In this document: piece by piece, positions 27,118-40,645 of the stretch
Layout: every line of letters starts with the position of its first letter
Position numbering within the stretch: the stretch's first letter is position 1
From: Eledone cirrhosa
Lineage: Eukaryota
Reading direction: 5' to 3'
DNA: 64,000 nt
NCBI GenBank assembly: GCA_964016885.1
Contig: OZ024749.1
Span: 28,706,001-28,770,000 of the forward strand
The notes under the pieces: model-generated
The model's input: the letters and a program-made list of their open reading frames with translations, nothing else
The model's database searches: none
What the model was told of the DNA's origin: nothing
Position numbers and translations under genes: made by a program

Positions 27118-27670
27118 TAAGAAATGCGCAACCGTTAAAAACTTAAAACTAAAACTGAATACTAACTAATACTTATTACTAATTTATACTTATTCCTAAT
27201 TAGAGGTCAACATGACTCCAACTCAATCAAGCGGAAAAGGACACTCTTCGACAAACCTACATTTGGCGCGAAACCAGTTCGCGCTAAATTCAATTTAAAC
27301 ATTCACGTGACTTCTACCAACCAATCAAAATTGTTTTGACTAGAAGAATTTTTGCAACACGAATTGGCGCGAAATTTATAGTGCTTATTCACGTGATATT
27401 CAACAACCACCTAAATCTTAATACCTCCCAAGCCACTTTTTTTACATAAATCAGGAAGAATTTCCAAAACTGATCAGATTAGAGCAAAAATCACGAGCAC
27501 TCTATCTCAAAATTATTTTTGAAAAGCATAAGAAATGCGCAACAGGTAAAAACTTAAAACTAAAACTGAATACTTACTAATAATTAGTACTAATTTATAC
27601 TTATTCCTAATTAAACTATTTTTCACTGGGAAAAATTTGTCAGCATTTTCTTTTCCTTTTTACTAATATA
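27118..27670 (+). mobile_element. Partial-tandem (pLTR-like) element with variant HHR and an internal promoter-motif cluster
   Basis: About 85-bp direct repeat 27118-27202 vs 27528-27612; HHR-like motif 27516-27552; homologous to 16120-16412. Confidence 0.65.
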
Positions 27671-27972
27671 TCCATATATCTATCTATATATATACAGTAT
27701 ATATATTCAGAGAGAGAGAGAGAGGGGGGGGGAGAAGAGAGAAGGAGATAGATAGAGAGTGATAAAGAAAGGGATAAAGATAGATAGAGTGAGATAAAGT
27801 GAGAGAGAAAGAGATATAAACAGTAGTTACATATCAAGTTAATAATGATAATATCCAATGAAATGATATTCCTATAATTATATTTTTGATATTTCCTGAT
27901 ATTAACTTTCGTTTAAAATTGCACATAACACATTTGGTATCTCCCTCTCGCTCTCTCCCTCTCTCGCTCCCT

Positions 27973-28018
<46 letters not shown>

Positions 28019-28396
28019 TCCCTCCCCCTTTCTCTCTCTCTTTTACTCACTCTTTCTCTTTCTCACGATCTCTGTGCGTGTGAGTGTGTGTGTGTATGCG
28101 TGAATGTGTATGTAGGTTTATACATATATGAATATATGTATATGTATGTATGTGTGTATGTATGTGTGTATGTATGTATATATGTATGTGTGTATGTGTG
28201 CATGTAAGTATCTATATATGTTTGCCGATGCATGTGTGCATATATGTGTATGTGTGTGTGTGTATTTGCGTGTATATGTGTATGTATATATGTATGTGTA
28301 GTATGTGTGAATATGTTTGTGTATGTGTGCGTATATGTGTGTATGTATGTGTATATATGTGAGTACATATGTGTATATATATATATATATGTGTGT

Positions 28397-29627
28397 GTAA
28401 CTGGATTTACCGAATGTGCCAATGTGGACATGGTCAAATCGTTAACGGCTGTTCTCAAGGCAGACGGTTTCGGTCCCTTCTGGAGATAGCTCGTTGCAAT
28501 GTACAACGGCATTTGCTCTGTGGCCTAAGTAAATGGCCACCAATCAGAACCCTTAAGTATTATGCTCTAGGTCATTTAAAGGTGTCCCCTCTTGTATCTG
28601 ATGTATGCACTGACACTAGAGCCCCTACTGAAGGAACAAGAGACGATCTCCACCTCGGGAGTGGGGGGGCGGGGGGGCGGCGGAGAGTTGAAGATCCATG
28701 TCGAACATCACGCACATCAAGGTAATCAGTACCACTCTAATGGCGTACGAGGTGGTGATTGGAGCAAAAATCAAGCAGGCAACGTTGGTGGGCTTGTAAA
28801 GAAGGAAGCCCATGTCCAACGGTGTCGTGAGGCGTTGAACGAACGGACTGATGACATTTTTTAGGCCAGATTCGGTCAGGACTTCCAGTTGAACAAGGAC
28901 TGGGATGAGGTTACGAGTAGGTTGGTAGGTCTTACTCAGAAGTGGGTCGAGAGGAAGCTATCTGTAAAAGGTTAAAGAGATGAGAGGATGTTTATATCGC
29001 TTTCATCATCATTTACCATCTGACCGTTATGTCTTGTCCTCGTTCTCGTCTGACCGGATTGGAGCGTCTGATCTTCCACTTCTTGTGGAAAGGTCGTATC
29101 GCAATGGTCAGACAGTCCATCTACTGCCAATAGCAACTGCATGAGGAACTTGGCATGCAGTGGCTGTTCAAATATTCGCCGAGACTGCGGCATTTGCAGT
29201 GATTTCTTGACGGCAAGCATGTTTGGTCACTTTAGGGCTTTCTGGGCAATGAGCATGTCTGGTCGCCTTTTGTTGGACGCGCTTTTCCGCAGCTCGTTTC
29301 CGTAGCGGAGCTGCAGTCCTGAGTGAAGAACATACCAAGGGAGGGCACCTGGCATGTAAAATGTTGTCAGATATTGCGATCAGTGGAAGTTTCATATTAG
29401 CATTCTATAGAGGATTAATGGTGGGGAAGTGTGACGACATTCTCGAGGAAGTCCTGGGTGTAAACGAGAAAGGACTGGTTGGCTTGTTTTGGAGGACTTA
29501 CAGCCTGGGGACAATGGATAATTTCCAGAAATGTCTGGCTTGTCAGTTCTATCAGGGGATAGAAATAAACTCTGAAGATATGCAAGTATTGTCTGACGGG
29601 CCTTGCCAAAGATGCGTGCAAGAGTAT
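28397..29627 (+). mobile_element. Decayed L1/Tx1-clade reverse transcriptase fragment
   Basis: Fragments GFGPF, VNGHQSEP, GCP..LMYALTLEPLL, LERLIFHFLWKGR, CQRCVQE; many stops and frameshifts. Confidence 0.75.
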
Positions 29628-29688
<61 letters not shown>

Positions 29689-29874
29689 CCATCATCATCA
29701 TTATCACCATCAGCAGCATCATCATCATCCCCATCATCAACACCTTCATCACCATCATCATCGACATCGTCACCATCATCACCATCATCATCACCACCAT
29801 CGACATCACCACAACCACCACCACAACCACCACCACCATCATCATCATCATCCTCATCATTATCGTCATAATTA

Positions 29875-30140
29875 TTTTTTTTCATCCTTACGGAGTCGAT
29901 AAAATAAAATACCAGTAATGCACTGGGGTCGATTTAATCGACTTTCCCCTCCCCCCAAATTACTGGCCTCGTGTCTATACTAGAAATAATTATTATAAAG
30001 GTGGTAGATTGGTCGAATTGGTAGAGCGTCGAACAAAATATTTTATGCTATTTAGTTAGAATTTTTAAAGTTCTGAGTTCAAATCCCACCGTTGTCAATT
30101 TTGCATTTTCTCTTTCTTGGATCGTTCGATGAAATAAAAT
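29875..30140 (+). mobile_element. SINE family 1 3' half followed by a degenerate 5' half
   Basis: ttcatccttacggagtcgataaaataaaataccag...; gagttcaaatccc. Confidence 0.75.
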
Positions 30141-30165
30141 TATCATCACCACCACCACCACCACA

Positions 30166-30196
<31 letters not shown>

Positions 30197-30391
30197 CCAT
30201 CACCACGAGCATCATCATCATCATTTATTGCACAATTCGCTACGCTGTGTCATCATCACCCGAATACCACCCCCACACCCCCACCACACCATCACACCTC
30301 CACCACCACCACCACCACCACCATCACCAACACACCACCAACACCTGTCCCACCACCGTCTATAATGTTTGTTGTTGTCTGTTACAATGAA

Positions 30392-30480
30392 AAGTGGGCG
30401 TGGTTTAACGTGAAACGTCACAAGACAATGTTTGAGATATTCAACCAATGAAATCGCTGTGTTGTGTTCGGCTCAGTTCA
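30392..30480 (+). promoter_or_regulatory. Candidate core promoter for the Shox gene
   Basis: GGGCGTGG GC-box, ACGTCA, CCAAT (30445-30449) and Inr-like TCAGTT (30473-30478) in one short unique island 3.35 kb upstream of the ATG. Confidence 0.4.
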
Positions 30481-31457
30481 GCCAACCGACAGCCTGTGTC
30501 GGCAAGAATGTTGGAGTGAAACAACAACAACAACAACAACGATAACAACAACGACTACAACAAGAAGAAGAGAAGGCCCTGTGTGTTGGTGTGTGTGGTG
30601 GTGGTGGAGGTAAACAACACGTTTAAAGTATTTCTTTCTGTGTCTTTATGTTTAGAGAGCACCAATTATATAGCGATGATGCCTGACGGAGTCGATAGAA
30701 TACACGTTGATGGAATCTGTCTGTCTGTTTCTCTCTGTCTCTGTCTCTGTCTCTGTCTCTGACTCTCTCTCTCTCTCGCACAATCTCTCTGTGATATTAA
30801 TGATGAGGTGATGAGAAAGTGATGTTTACCACACAACAGCGCTGACCACAACACACCACACCACACCACACCACACCACACCACACCACAGTTACCTCAA
30901 CCACAACATCCAAGAGGAAGGAAAAGGTGTGATACGAAGAGGATAATATATACATATGTAGATATAGATATCTATAGATATTTAGATATATAGATATACT
31001 ATATAATTGCCTGATGGTGTGGGTCCATGGATTCTGTGTGAGAATGAAATGGCAAGATAACGATCTCAATCAAGAACACTAACTACCAACAGCGACCAAG
31101 GAGGTGTTATACCAACAGGATATATATACAGATACATATATACTATATATATACTATATATATACTATATCATACTGATATTAAATTATACCAAACACTA
31201 ACCACAAACACTAACCACCAACAGCGACCAAGGAGGTGTTATACCAACAGGATATATATATATATATATATACTATATATAGTATATTATACAGATATAC
31301 TATACCAAACCATACTATACTATATTATACGACTTTTGTGTCTTTTTTATGTTTTTTTTTTTTAAATTTACTTGTATTTTCTTAATAGCAAGTAGCTTAA
31401 TGTGATACAGAAAAAAAAAGAAAGAAAAAAAAACACGGTTTCTATCCCGTCTCGGAG

Positions 31458-31523
<66 letters not shown>

Positions 31524-31947
31524 TATATATATTATATATTATATATATAATATATTTATAATAGCGAATATATTATATATTATATATATATAATATATAA
31601 CAAATTATATATAATATATTTATATAATATATATATATAATATATAGAACATAACATATATATTACATATATATCATATAATATATATATATCATATAAC
31701 ATATTATATAGTATATATAATATATGTATAATATATATATAATATATATATAGTAGAGTAGCGGCAATGTGTTGTACATATCTACGAATGTATGTATGAT
31801 TACATGCATGTGTGTGTGTAGAGTGGTGTGTGTATGCGTGTTTGTGAGTGTGAAGTGGTCGTGTGTGTTCCTCACCTGGATGTACAGGTGATGAGGAAGT
31901 ATTGGTATTAATTACAGGTAACATTATCAGGTGAGATATAAAAAAAA

Positions 31948-31997
<50 letters not shown>

Positions 31998-32115
31998 TCA
32001 CCTGTAGCATTACTACTATACAATATGTAATACGTAACGGGTGGAAGGAACCAACAAAACCCTCTCAAACATCACCACCATCATCACCATCATCATCATC
32101 ACCCCCATCATCATT

Positions 32116-32164
<49 letters not shown>

Positions 32165-32245
32165 CTACAACCATAACAACAACAGCAACGGTAAAGCATT
32201 CACAAGTTGTACCAATGCCCAATATACATATTTTAATATAACATA

Positions 32246-32321
<76 letters not shown>

Positions 32322-32688
32322 CATACTTACATACACACACTCATATATATATATACACATATACATACATAAACATTCACATATATATATATAAATACAT
32401 ATATATATATATAAGCAGAGAGAATGAATAAGAATAGCGATGAGACGTGTGATATAGGGAGGTTAGGGGTTGTTAAGACCAAAGAACTCTAAGGGATTCC
32501 TACACATACACACAGACACACACACGTGTGTGTGTTCCTTTCTTGATGAAATCTCACACTAATGTCTTTCACCATATTAAAGAAATTGTCTATCCATATA
32601 TACATACATAAGTATACACACCTGCATGCGTATTTGTAAAAACGCTGGATTTATATATATATATAAATATATATATATACATACATAC

Positions 32689-32777
<89 letters not shown>

Positions 32778-33062
32778 TATTGATAAGCACATAAGCATAC
32801 GCGTATATATATTTATTCATATATATATAATATGTATGCTTGACACATAAAAATATATATTTAAATATATATATATATATATAAACACATATACATATAC
32901 ATATATATATATAAATTTATATATAAACACATATACATATATATATAAATATATACATCCTCAATCACAAATCACATGCATATATTTCACACAATTATAT
33001 ATTGATCATTGTAGACTTTTTAAATAACAAACTATACATATATATATATATACACATACACA

Positions 33063-33190
<128 letters not shown>

Positions 33191-33824
33191 TTAGGCTCAC
33201 CGGTGAAATTCCTCGTTTCACTCTTTTTTTTTTTTTAGAAATTATATGCCTACCTAAATGGATGTGAGCGTGCATGCGTGTATACATCTATTACATATAT
33301 GAATGTATGTTTTGATATACTCACACACATATATATATATATATAGAAATGTATAGAAACATGGTGCGTTTATAGACTTTAAGGTGGAAACCTTATCAAA
33401 GATGTCACACCAATGTTGAAACATCTCGTTGCATGTTGAATAAATTTTAAAGAAATTTTAAATAATTTATCTATATTTTTTAAATAATTAAAATTGAAAA
33501 AAAAAAAAAATAATAATTTGGTTTATATTTTACAAAAAATATTTGCGGATTTCGAATTGCCGATTTGGGATTTCGTATTTCGGATTGTGGATTCAGTGTA
33601 TATTTATTGCGAGGAGTAATTTATTGCAAGGAGTTTATTTATTGCGAGGAGTGGAAGAAAATTCATCAAAATATTTAAAAAAAAATTGTATACAAGTATT
33701 GCATACAAAAAAAAAAAAAAAAAAATTGTGTAGAAAGAAATATAAAAAAAAAACAACACACAAACTGGCGTTAAATTGTATGAAAAAATTGCGTCTTATT
33801 AAGAAAAAATTCTGTATAAGAGAA

Positions 33825-34068
33825 ATGGAGAGATTAACTGAGTTTGTGAGTAAATCTTTTGATAGGGGGTCCGATCAACAGAAAAACGATTTTAACGAGA
33901 AAATGCAAATGATTTCGGAACTTAACAGTCCAAACATTGACGCTTCGCCACACTTCGACCATAACAACAACAGCAACAACAGTAACAATAACAATAACAA
34001 CAACAACAACAACAACCACAACAACAACCATCAACACCATCACCATCACCACCACCATCACCAACATC

Positions 34069-34105
<37 letters not shown>

Positions 34106-34458
34106 CCAAACACACCCGCAGGCAGCAGCGGTGTCGTCAAAATCTTCGATAGGGACGACGACAGCTGTACAAACGTCAGTGCAACCAACAGCGATAGCAG
34201 CAGCGGCGGCAGCGGCAGCAGCAACAACAGCAGCAGCAGCAACAGCAGCAGCATCTTATCGACAGTCGTTAGTAGAGGTGACTAGCAGCACTTCTTCAAC
34301 TGGTTCCAGTGGTGGACACCATATTACAACAACGACGACGGAAAATAACGTGGATATGACAACTATAGATGTTGTTGATGATGCCGAGTTAACGTCTAGT
34401 AAAAGTCTCAACTCAATATCTAGTGCCAGTGATCTTAACTGCAGGCAATCATTCTCAG
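33825..34458 (+). CDS. Shox2: Short stature homeobox (SHOX/SHOX2-like) transcription factor, first coding exon; homeodomain exon not seen in the window
   Basis: MERLTEFVSKSFD matches the SHOX N-terminus MEELTAFVSKSFD, and SYRQSLVE resembles TYREVLE; Kozak gaaATGG; donor CAG|GTGAGT at 34458/34459, phase 1 within a Gly codon; poly-N/H/Q/A tracts. Confidence 0.88.
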
Positions 34459-34511
34459 GTGAGTCTTCTTCCTCTCTTCTTCTACTCTATTTACATGTGT
34501 AGTAAATAATG

Positions 34512-34735
34512 ATTTCTAGTATAAGCACAAGGCCAGTAATTTTAGGAGAGAGAGGGGGGGGGAAGTCGATTAAACCGACCCCAGTGCGTAACTGGTACTT
34601 TATTTTATCGACCCCGTAATGGTTGAAAGGTAAAGTTAACCTCGACGGGATTTGAACTCAGATCATAAAGGGCCGTAACTCTATGCTGCAAAGCATGGCG
34701 TCCGACCCTCTACCGTTACTGCCAATCCACCGCCC
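34512..34735 (-). mobile_element. Full-length SINE family 1 with 16-bp TSD, about 55 bp downstream of the Shox donor site
   Basis: tgtgtagtaaataatg at 34496-34511 and 34737-34752. Confidence 0.88.
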
Positions 34736-34749
34736 TTGTGTAGTAAATA

Positions 34750-35140
34750 ATGGAAACGCCAATGGGAACATTGATTCCTTGGTCCATATCTGACAATCAG
34801 GTCCTTTTTTTCTGCCAGGTGTTGCGACCGGTAGATAGTATCAGCAATAGAAAAACTAATGGGAACAGTGTTTCCTTGGTCCATATTTGACAATCAGCTC
34901 ATTTCTTCTTCTCTATTTACTTGTGTATATCAATGATCGTAAGATCAATGGGAACATTGTTTCCTAGGTCCATATTTGACAACCAGTTCATTTCTTCTGC
35001 CAGGAGTTGTTACCAGTAAATAGTATCAACAACAAAAAGACCAAAGGAAACATTGTTTCCTTAGTCCGATTTGATGAGTTCCACCCCACTCGGTAAGCGA
35101 ATGAGGTCTGGGATTTTGTCGATCGATCGATAACAATTGG
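34750..35140 (+). mobile_element. Interspersed repeat with internal duplications, homologous to the 70-bp array unit and its flanks
   Basis: ctgccagg..gcgaccggtagatagtatcagcaat..ggaaacattgtttccttagtcc..gagttccacccc..tctgggatt. Confidence 0.75.
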
Positions 35141-35167
35141 ATTAATAATGTATATATATATATAGAA

Positions 35168-35252
<85 letters not shown>

Positions 35253-35253
35253 A

Positions 35254-35328
<75 letters not shown>

Positions 35329-35397
35329 GTTAAATCCATTTTTTATCGATCGATCGACAAAATCCCAGACCGAGTGGGGTGGAACTCATCAAGATTA

Positions 35398-35470
35398 CGA
35401 GCTGAGGATCCGCTAAGGTGAAACAATTGTTCTCGGTATGGTGAACTAACTGTTGTGTAACCACTTCTAT
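35398..35470 (+). ncRNA. Minimal type I HHR plus tail (same family as 40095-40305)
   Basis: cgag-CTGAGGA-tccgctaaggt-GAAA-CAATTG-TT-ctcg. Confidence 0.72.
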
Positions 35471-35560
35471 ATAGGTATATATATATAAACATACATACGG
35501 ACATATTGTCAGCTGTTTTCCGGCCTTCGTATTTTTATTCTACATATTTTCTTCTTCTCT

Positions 35561-35596
35561 ACCGTCTGATGAAGGACACAACCCGAAACGTCAAGG
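35561..35596 (+). ncRNA. Penelope-type minimal HHR with eroded stem I
   Basis: accgt-CTGATGA-aggacacaaccc-GAAA-CG-TC-aagg. Confidence 0.55.
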
Positions 35597-35710
35597 ACTG
35601 ACCTTCTCTCACATCTGACCGTTAAACTTTTATTATTCACCATTTTTATCATATTCTGTTCTGTTTTCATTTTTATTTTTTGTTCTTCGATCTCTCAATC
35701 TATCTATCTG

Positions 35711-35797
<87 letters not shown>

Positions 35798-35869
35798 CTC
35801 ACACATACGCACATATATTTATATATAAATATGTGTGTGTTTATTTATATATGTGTGTATGTATGTGTG

Positions 35870-35927
<58 letters not shown>

Positions 35928-35940
35928 CATACATACACAC

Positions 35941-35974
<34 letters not shown>

Positions 35975-36039
35975 ATGTGTGTGTATGTCTGTATTTGTGT
36001 GGGGGTATGAGAGAGAGAATGAGGGAATTAGATAGATAG

Positions 36040-36113
<74 letters not shown>

Positions 36114-36579
36114 ATGATAGGTAATAGATAGATATAGATAGATACATAGAGAGAGAGAGGGAGAGGGAGAAAGAAAGAGGGGGAAGAGAGAGTGAGAGAG
36201 AGAAAGAGAGAGACCAGTGAACAACACCTAATGACACATGAAATGTGTTGGTTATATCAGCCTGGTGGTGAAATCCATCGAAATCCTCGTTCACCGGAGT
36301 GGGAACAGAAGTCATACACAACATGTAGCCATCGCTACATGTTGTGTATCACAAACACTAGTGTACACAACATGTAGCATTTGCTACATGAAGATAGGAA
36401 ATACTAGTGCCGGATACAGCGTTTCAAACATTAAACTGAATAAGTACTTAATACGTGCGGGTAGAGTGTCAGATACATTTTCTGAAGTAAAAAGGTGACT
36501 GTGACATACGTCCGCCGAAACAAACGGGAAGAATACTTTAAGAACGAAACAGAACTACTACTGTAAGAGTTACTTTTCA

Positions 36580-36648
<69 letters not shown>

Positions 36649-36655
36649 CATATAA

Positions 36656-36691
<36 letters not shown>

Positions 36692-36713
36692 ATATATATA
36701 TATACACACACAC

Positions 36714-36826
<113 letters not shown>

Positions 36827-36889
36827 CACATATATATATATATATTTATATTTATATATATATATGTGTGTGTGTATGTATAAATATGC

Positions 36890-36924
<35 letters not shown>

Positions 36925-36929
36925 CATAT

Positions 36930-36974
<45 letters not shown>

Positions 36975-37142
36975 AATGTATATATATTATATATGTTTGT
37001 GTGTCTGTGTGTCTGTGCGTGTACGTATGTCACATATGTAGTCGGGCGTGTACGTCACACATACTGTCACAGCCTGTTGTGTGTGTCACACATATTGTAG
37101 GTTAAATGATGAAGCGTGACTAGTTATACGAATAATTAAGAG

Positions 37143-37290
37143 AAGTCACGTGGTCTTGTAGTTAGGGGGATGGACTGACGATCATAAGGTAACGGGTTCG
37201 ATACCCAGATTTGGTGGTGGGTTGTTTCCTTGAACAAGTTATTTCATTTTAAGTTGTTGCAGTTCATTCAACTGAGCAACAATGGCTGAG
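37143..37290 (+). mobile_element. tRNA-derived SINE family 2, degenerate
   Basis: gtggtcttgtagttagg (A-box-like), gggttcgataccc (B-box), tttccttgaacaagttatttc. Confidence 0.65.
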
Positions 37291-37843
37291 GGATTAGACC
37301 TGTAACAGACAGATGTATCGTCGTGTGAGGTGAAATTTGGTTGTGACAGACAGACAGACAGACAGACAGAGAGAGACAGGCATGCGTGCCATTGAGGCTG
37401 TGGATGGGATGAGATGTGGTTCTTGTTTAGTTTTATGACAGACAGGTATGCCGTCCCGGGGGTGGGGAAGAGTGAAGTTTGGCTGCGGGTTAGACTTCTA
37501 ACAGACACTCAAATCAGAAATGTTATCCAGGCCGGGGGGTGGGATTTGTACTCTCAGACAATCAACAATGTTTGTGACTAATCAGGGCCAGGATTAAGAT
37601 CTTTAGAGGCCTTAAGTACTTTAAAGATAATGAGACCCCTAAAACCTTGTGTAGATTCCGCAAGATGTTTTTTGGGGTGGGGGTTGTTGGGTGGCAGATA
37701 AATAAATTGGTTTTTCATTGATTTCCTAAACATGTGTTTATATTGTTTAGTGTTTAACTCAGCCCTAGACTGTGAGGCTCTTGAGGGTGCAGCTATTTCT
37801 GGGTGGGTGTGAGTGTGTGGGTGTGGGTGTGGGTGTGTGGGTG

Positions 37844-37874
<31 letters not shown>

Positions 37875-38323
37875 TTGTGAGTATGTGTGTATGCGTGTGT
37901 GTGTATGTGGTTGTATGTTTGTATATATGTATGTATATGTGTGTATGTGTGCATATATATGTGCGTGTGTGTATGTATGTGTGTGTGTATATGTGTATGA
38001 GTGTATGTGTGTATTGATTGGAATTGGTAATGGTTTTTCAGATGTTGGGTGCAGGAATGCACGGCGTGTAGTAAATATATTTTGCGGGCTAGACATTTTT
38101 TTCTTTTTTTTTCATGTATTGGACTGGTACTGAGGGTTTTGAAGATGGCTGTGATGACAAACTGTGTCCTTCCTATATCACTTTATAGATAGTCCCCATC
38201 TGCTTCCGTTTTTTCAGTTTATTTTAACCGATAACCTGCTGAGTTAACAAGGGGATAAAGAAAATGGTTTTCTTCTCCTCCGCGTCATTCCACGAGCAAC
38301 CATTTATTTGTATTTTACATTAT

Positions 38324-38467
<144 letters not shown>

Positions 38468-38641
38468 TCACTCTGGGTTATGTAGTGAATATTATATATT
38501 ATTATACGTACATATATGATATTTAAGCAGCTGTTAAACATTCACTAATGAACGGCATTTCTGAGATAGTATAGGTAGCATTAAAAATAAATACATTAAT
38601 ATATATATATATATATATATATATAGTGTGAGTATGTGTGT

Positions 38642-38680
<39 letters not shown>

Positions 38681-38757
38681 TCAGTATGTGTGTGGGGGAT
38701 GTAATGAATATCTATAGATATCTATATCATTACATATGTAATATATATATATATATA

Positions 38758-38803
<46 letters not shown>

Positions 38804-38838
38804 CATATGTAATGATATAGATATCTATAGATATTCAT

Positions 38839-38883
<45 letters not shown>

Positions 38884-38910
38884 AACAGAATTAACAAAAC
38901 AAACGGTAGA

Positions 38911-38994
<84 letters not shown>

Positions 38995-39209
38995 TATATA
39001 TATATATGTTATATATATATTATATTATATATTATATATATTATATATCACACAATCTATATATATATATTACACAAGATGAAGAGTTTTATATCCTGTA
39101 TTACAGCTAGGATATTGTAATATAGTGACATATATGGGCTGTTTTTAGAGACAAGACATATGTTTGATATTGTATCATTCATGACACCCGTTACTTTGAA
39201 AGTAATAAA

Positions 39210-39320
<111 letters not shown>

Positions 39321-39356
39321 AAAGAAAAAAGATTAACAAGAATGTTTACTTAAAAC

Positions 39357-39439
39357 ATTTAATTGATTTACGACCGTTTCATTAGATTAACAAATATATT
39401 CCATTCCTGTTAAAATAGACTCATCAGAATCGATTAAAT
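39357..39439 (-). ncRNA. Type I HHR, minimal stem III
   Basis: Minus strand: atttaatcgatt-CTGATGA-gtcta..ttaaca...tgttaa..taat-GAAA-CGGTCG-TA-aatcaattaaat. Confidence 0.75.
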
Positions 39440-39707
39440 ACAAATGATATGTACCCCTAGAGTAAGTTACCCTAGGGTAACTTACTATAAACACATCCTC
39501 CATATTATATATAGGGGGGTGTTTATAGTAAGTTACCCTAACCATTATCCGTGACTTACCCCTACAGTATTTTTATATCTATATCGCAACATAACCTATA
39601 TTGAGTTTTACTTGATTAGCGGTCTTCTCCCTCACCCTTCCCCCTCTCTCTTGCTCTCTCTATATTAATTAGGCATATATATATTTATTATAGAATATGT
39701 GATATAT

Positions 39708-39738
<31 letters not shown>

Positions 39739-39743
39739 TAAAG

Positions 39744-39822
<79 letters not shown>

Positions 39823-39839
39823 CATACATAAAGGTATAT

Positions 39840-39919
<80 letters not shown>

Positions 39920-40009
39920 TATAGTTGAAACAGAAAACAAAAACACACGACGAAGCGAAGAGGCAGTAAAGCATTGTATATATAAATATATATGCATATA
40001 TGCATGAAC

Positions 40010-40094
<85 letters not shown>

Positions 40095-40098
<4 letters not shown>

Positions 40099-40302
40099 GT
40101 GGTTACACAACAGTTAGTTCACCATACCGAAAACAATTGTTTCACCTTAGCGGATCTTCAGCTCGATCCGAGTTGAGGATCCGATAAGGTGAAACAATTG
40201 TTCTCGGTATGGTGAACTAACTGTTGTGTAACACTTCAACCTAACTCGTCCCATGGACTGAGTGCTTTACCACTACGGATATTACCTTCCAGTGTTCTAC
40301 CA

Positions 40303-40305
<3 letters not shown>
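40095..40305 (+). mobile_element. Head-to-head palindromic HHR element in (AT)n
   Basis: Minus arm HHR 40127-40165 (CTGAAGA intact); plus arm 40168-40207 (TTGAGGA); tail to 40305. Confidence 0.82.
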
Positions 40306-40348
<43 letters not shown>

Positions 40349-40487
40349 TTCATGCATATATGCATATATAGTTATATATACAATCCCTAAATATTTATAT
40401 ATATATATGTGTGTATATATATATATATATAAATATATATATATATATTTAGATATATATATTATATATATATTACACACACACACA

Positions 40488-40645
<158 letters not shown>

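Noticed and set aside
33543-33824. Upstream extension of the 319-aa ORF, and its tail 34459-34502
   Set aside because: SHOX similarity starts at the Met at 33825; the upstream part is A-rich UTR-like and the tail lies past a consensus splice donor
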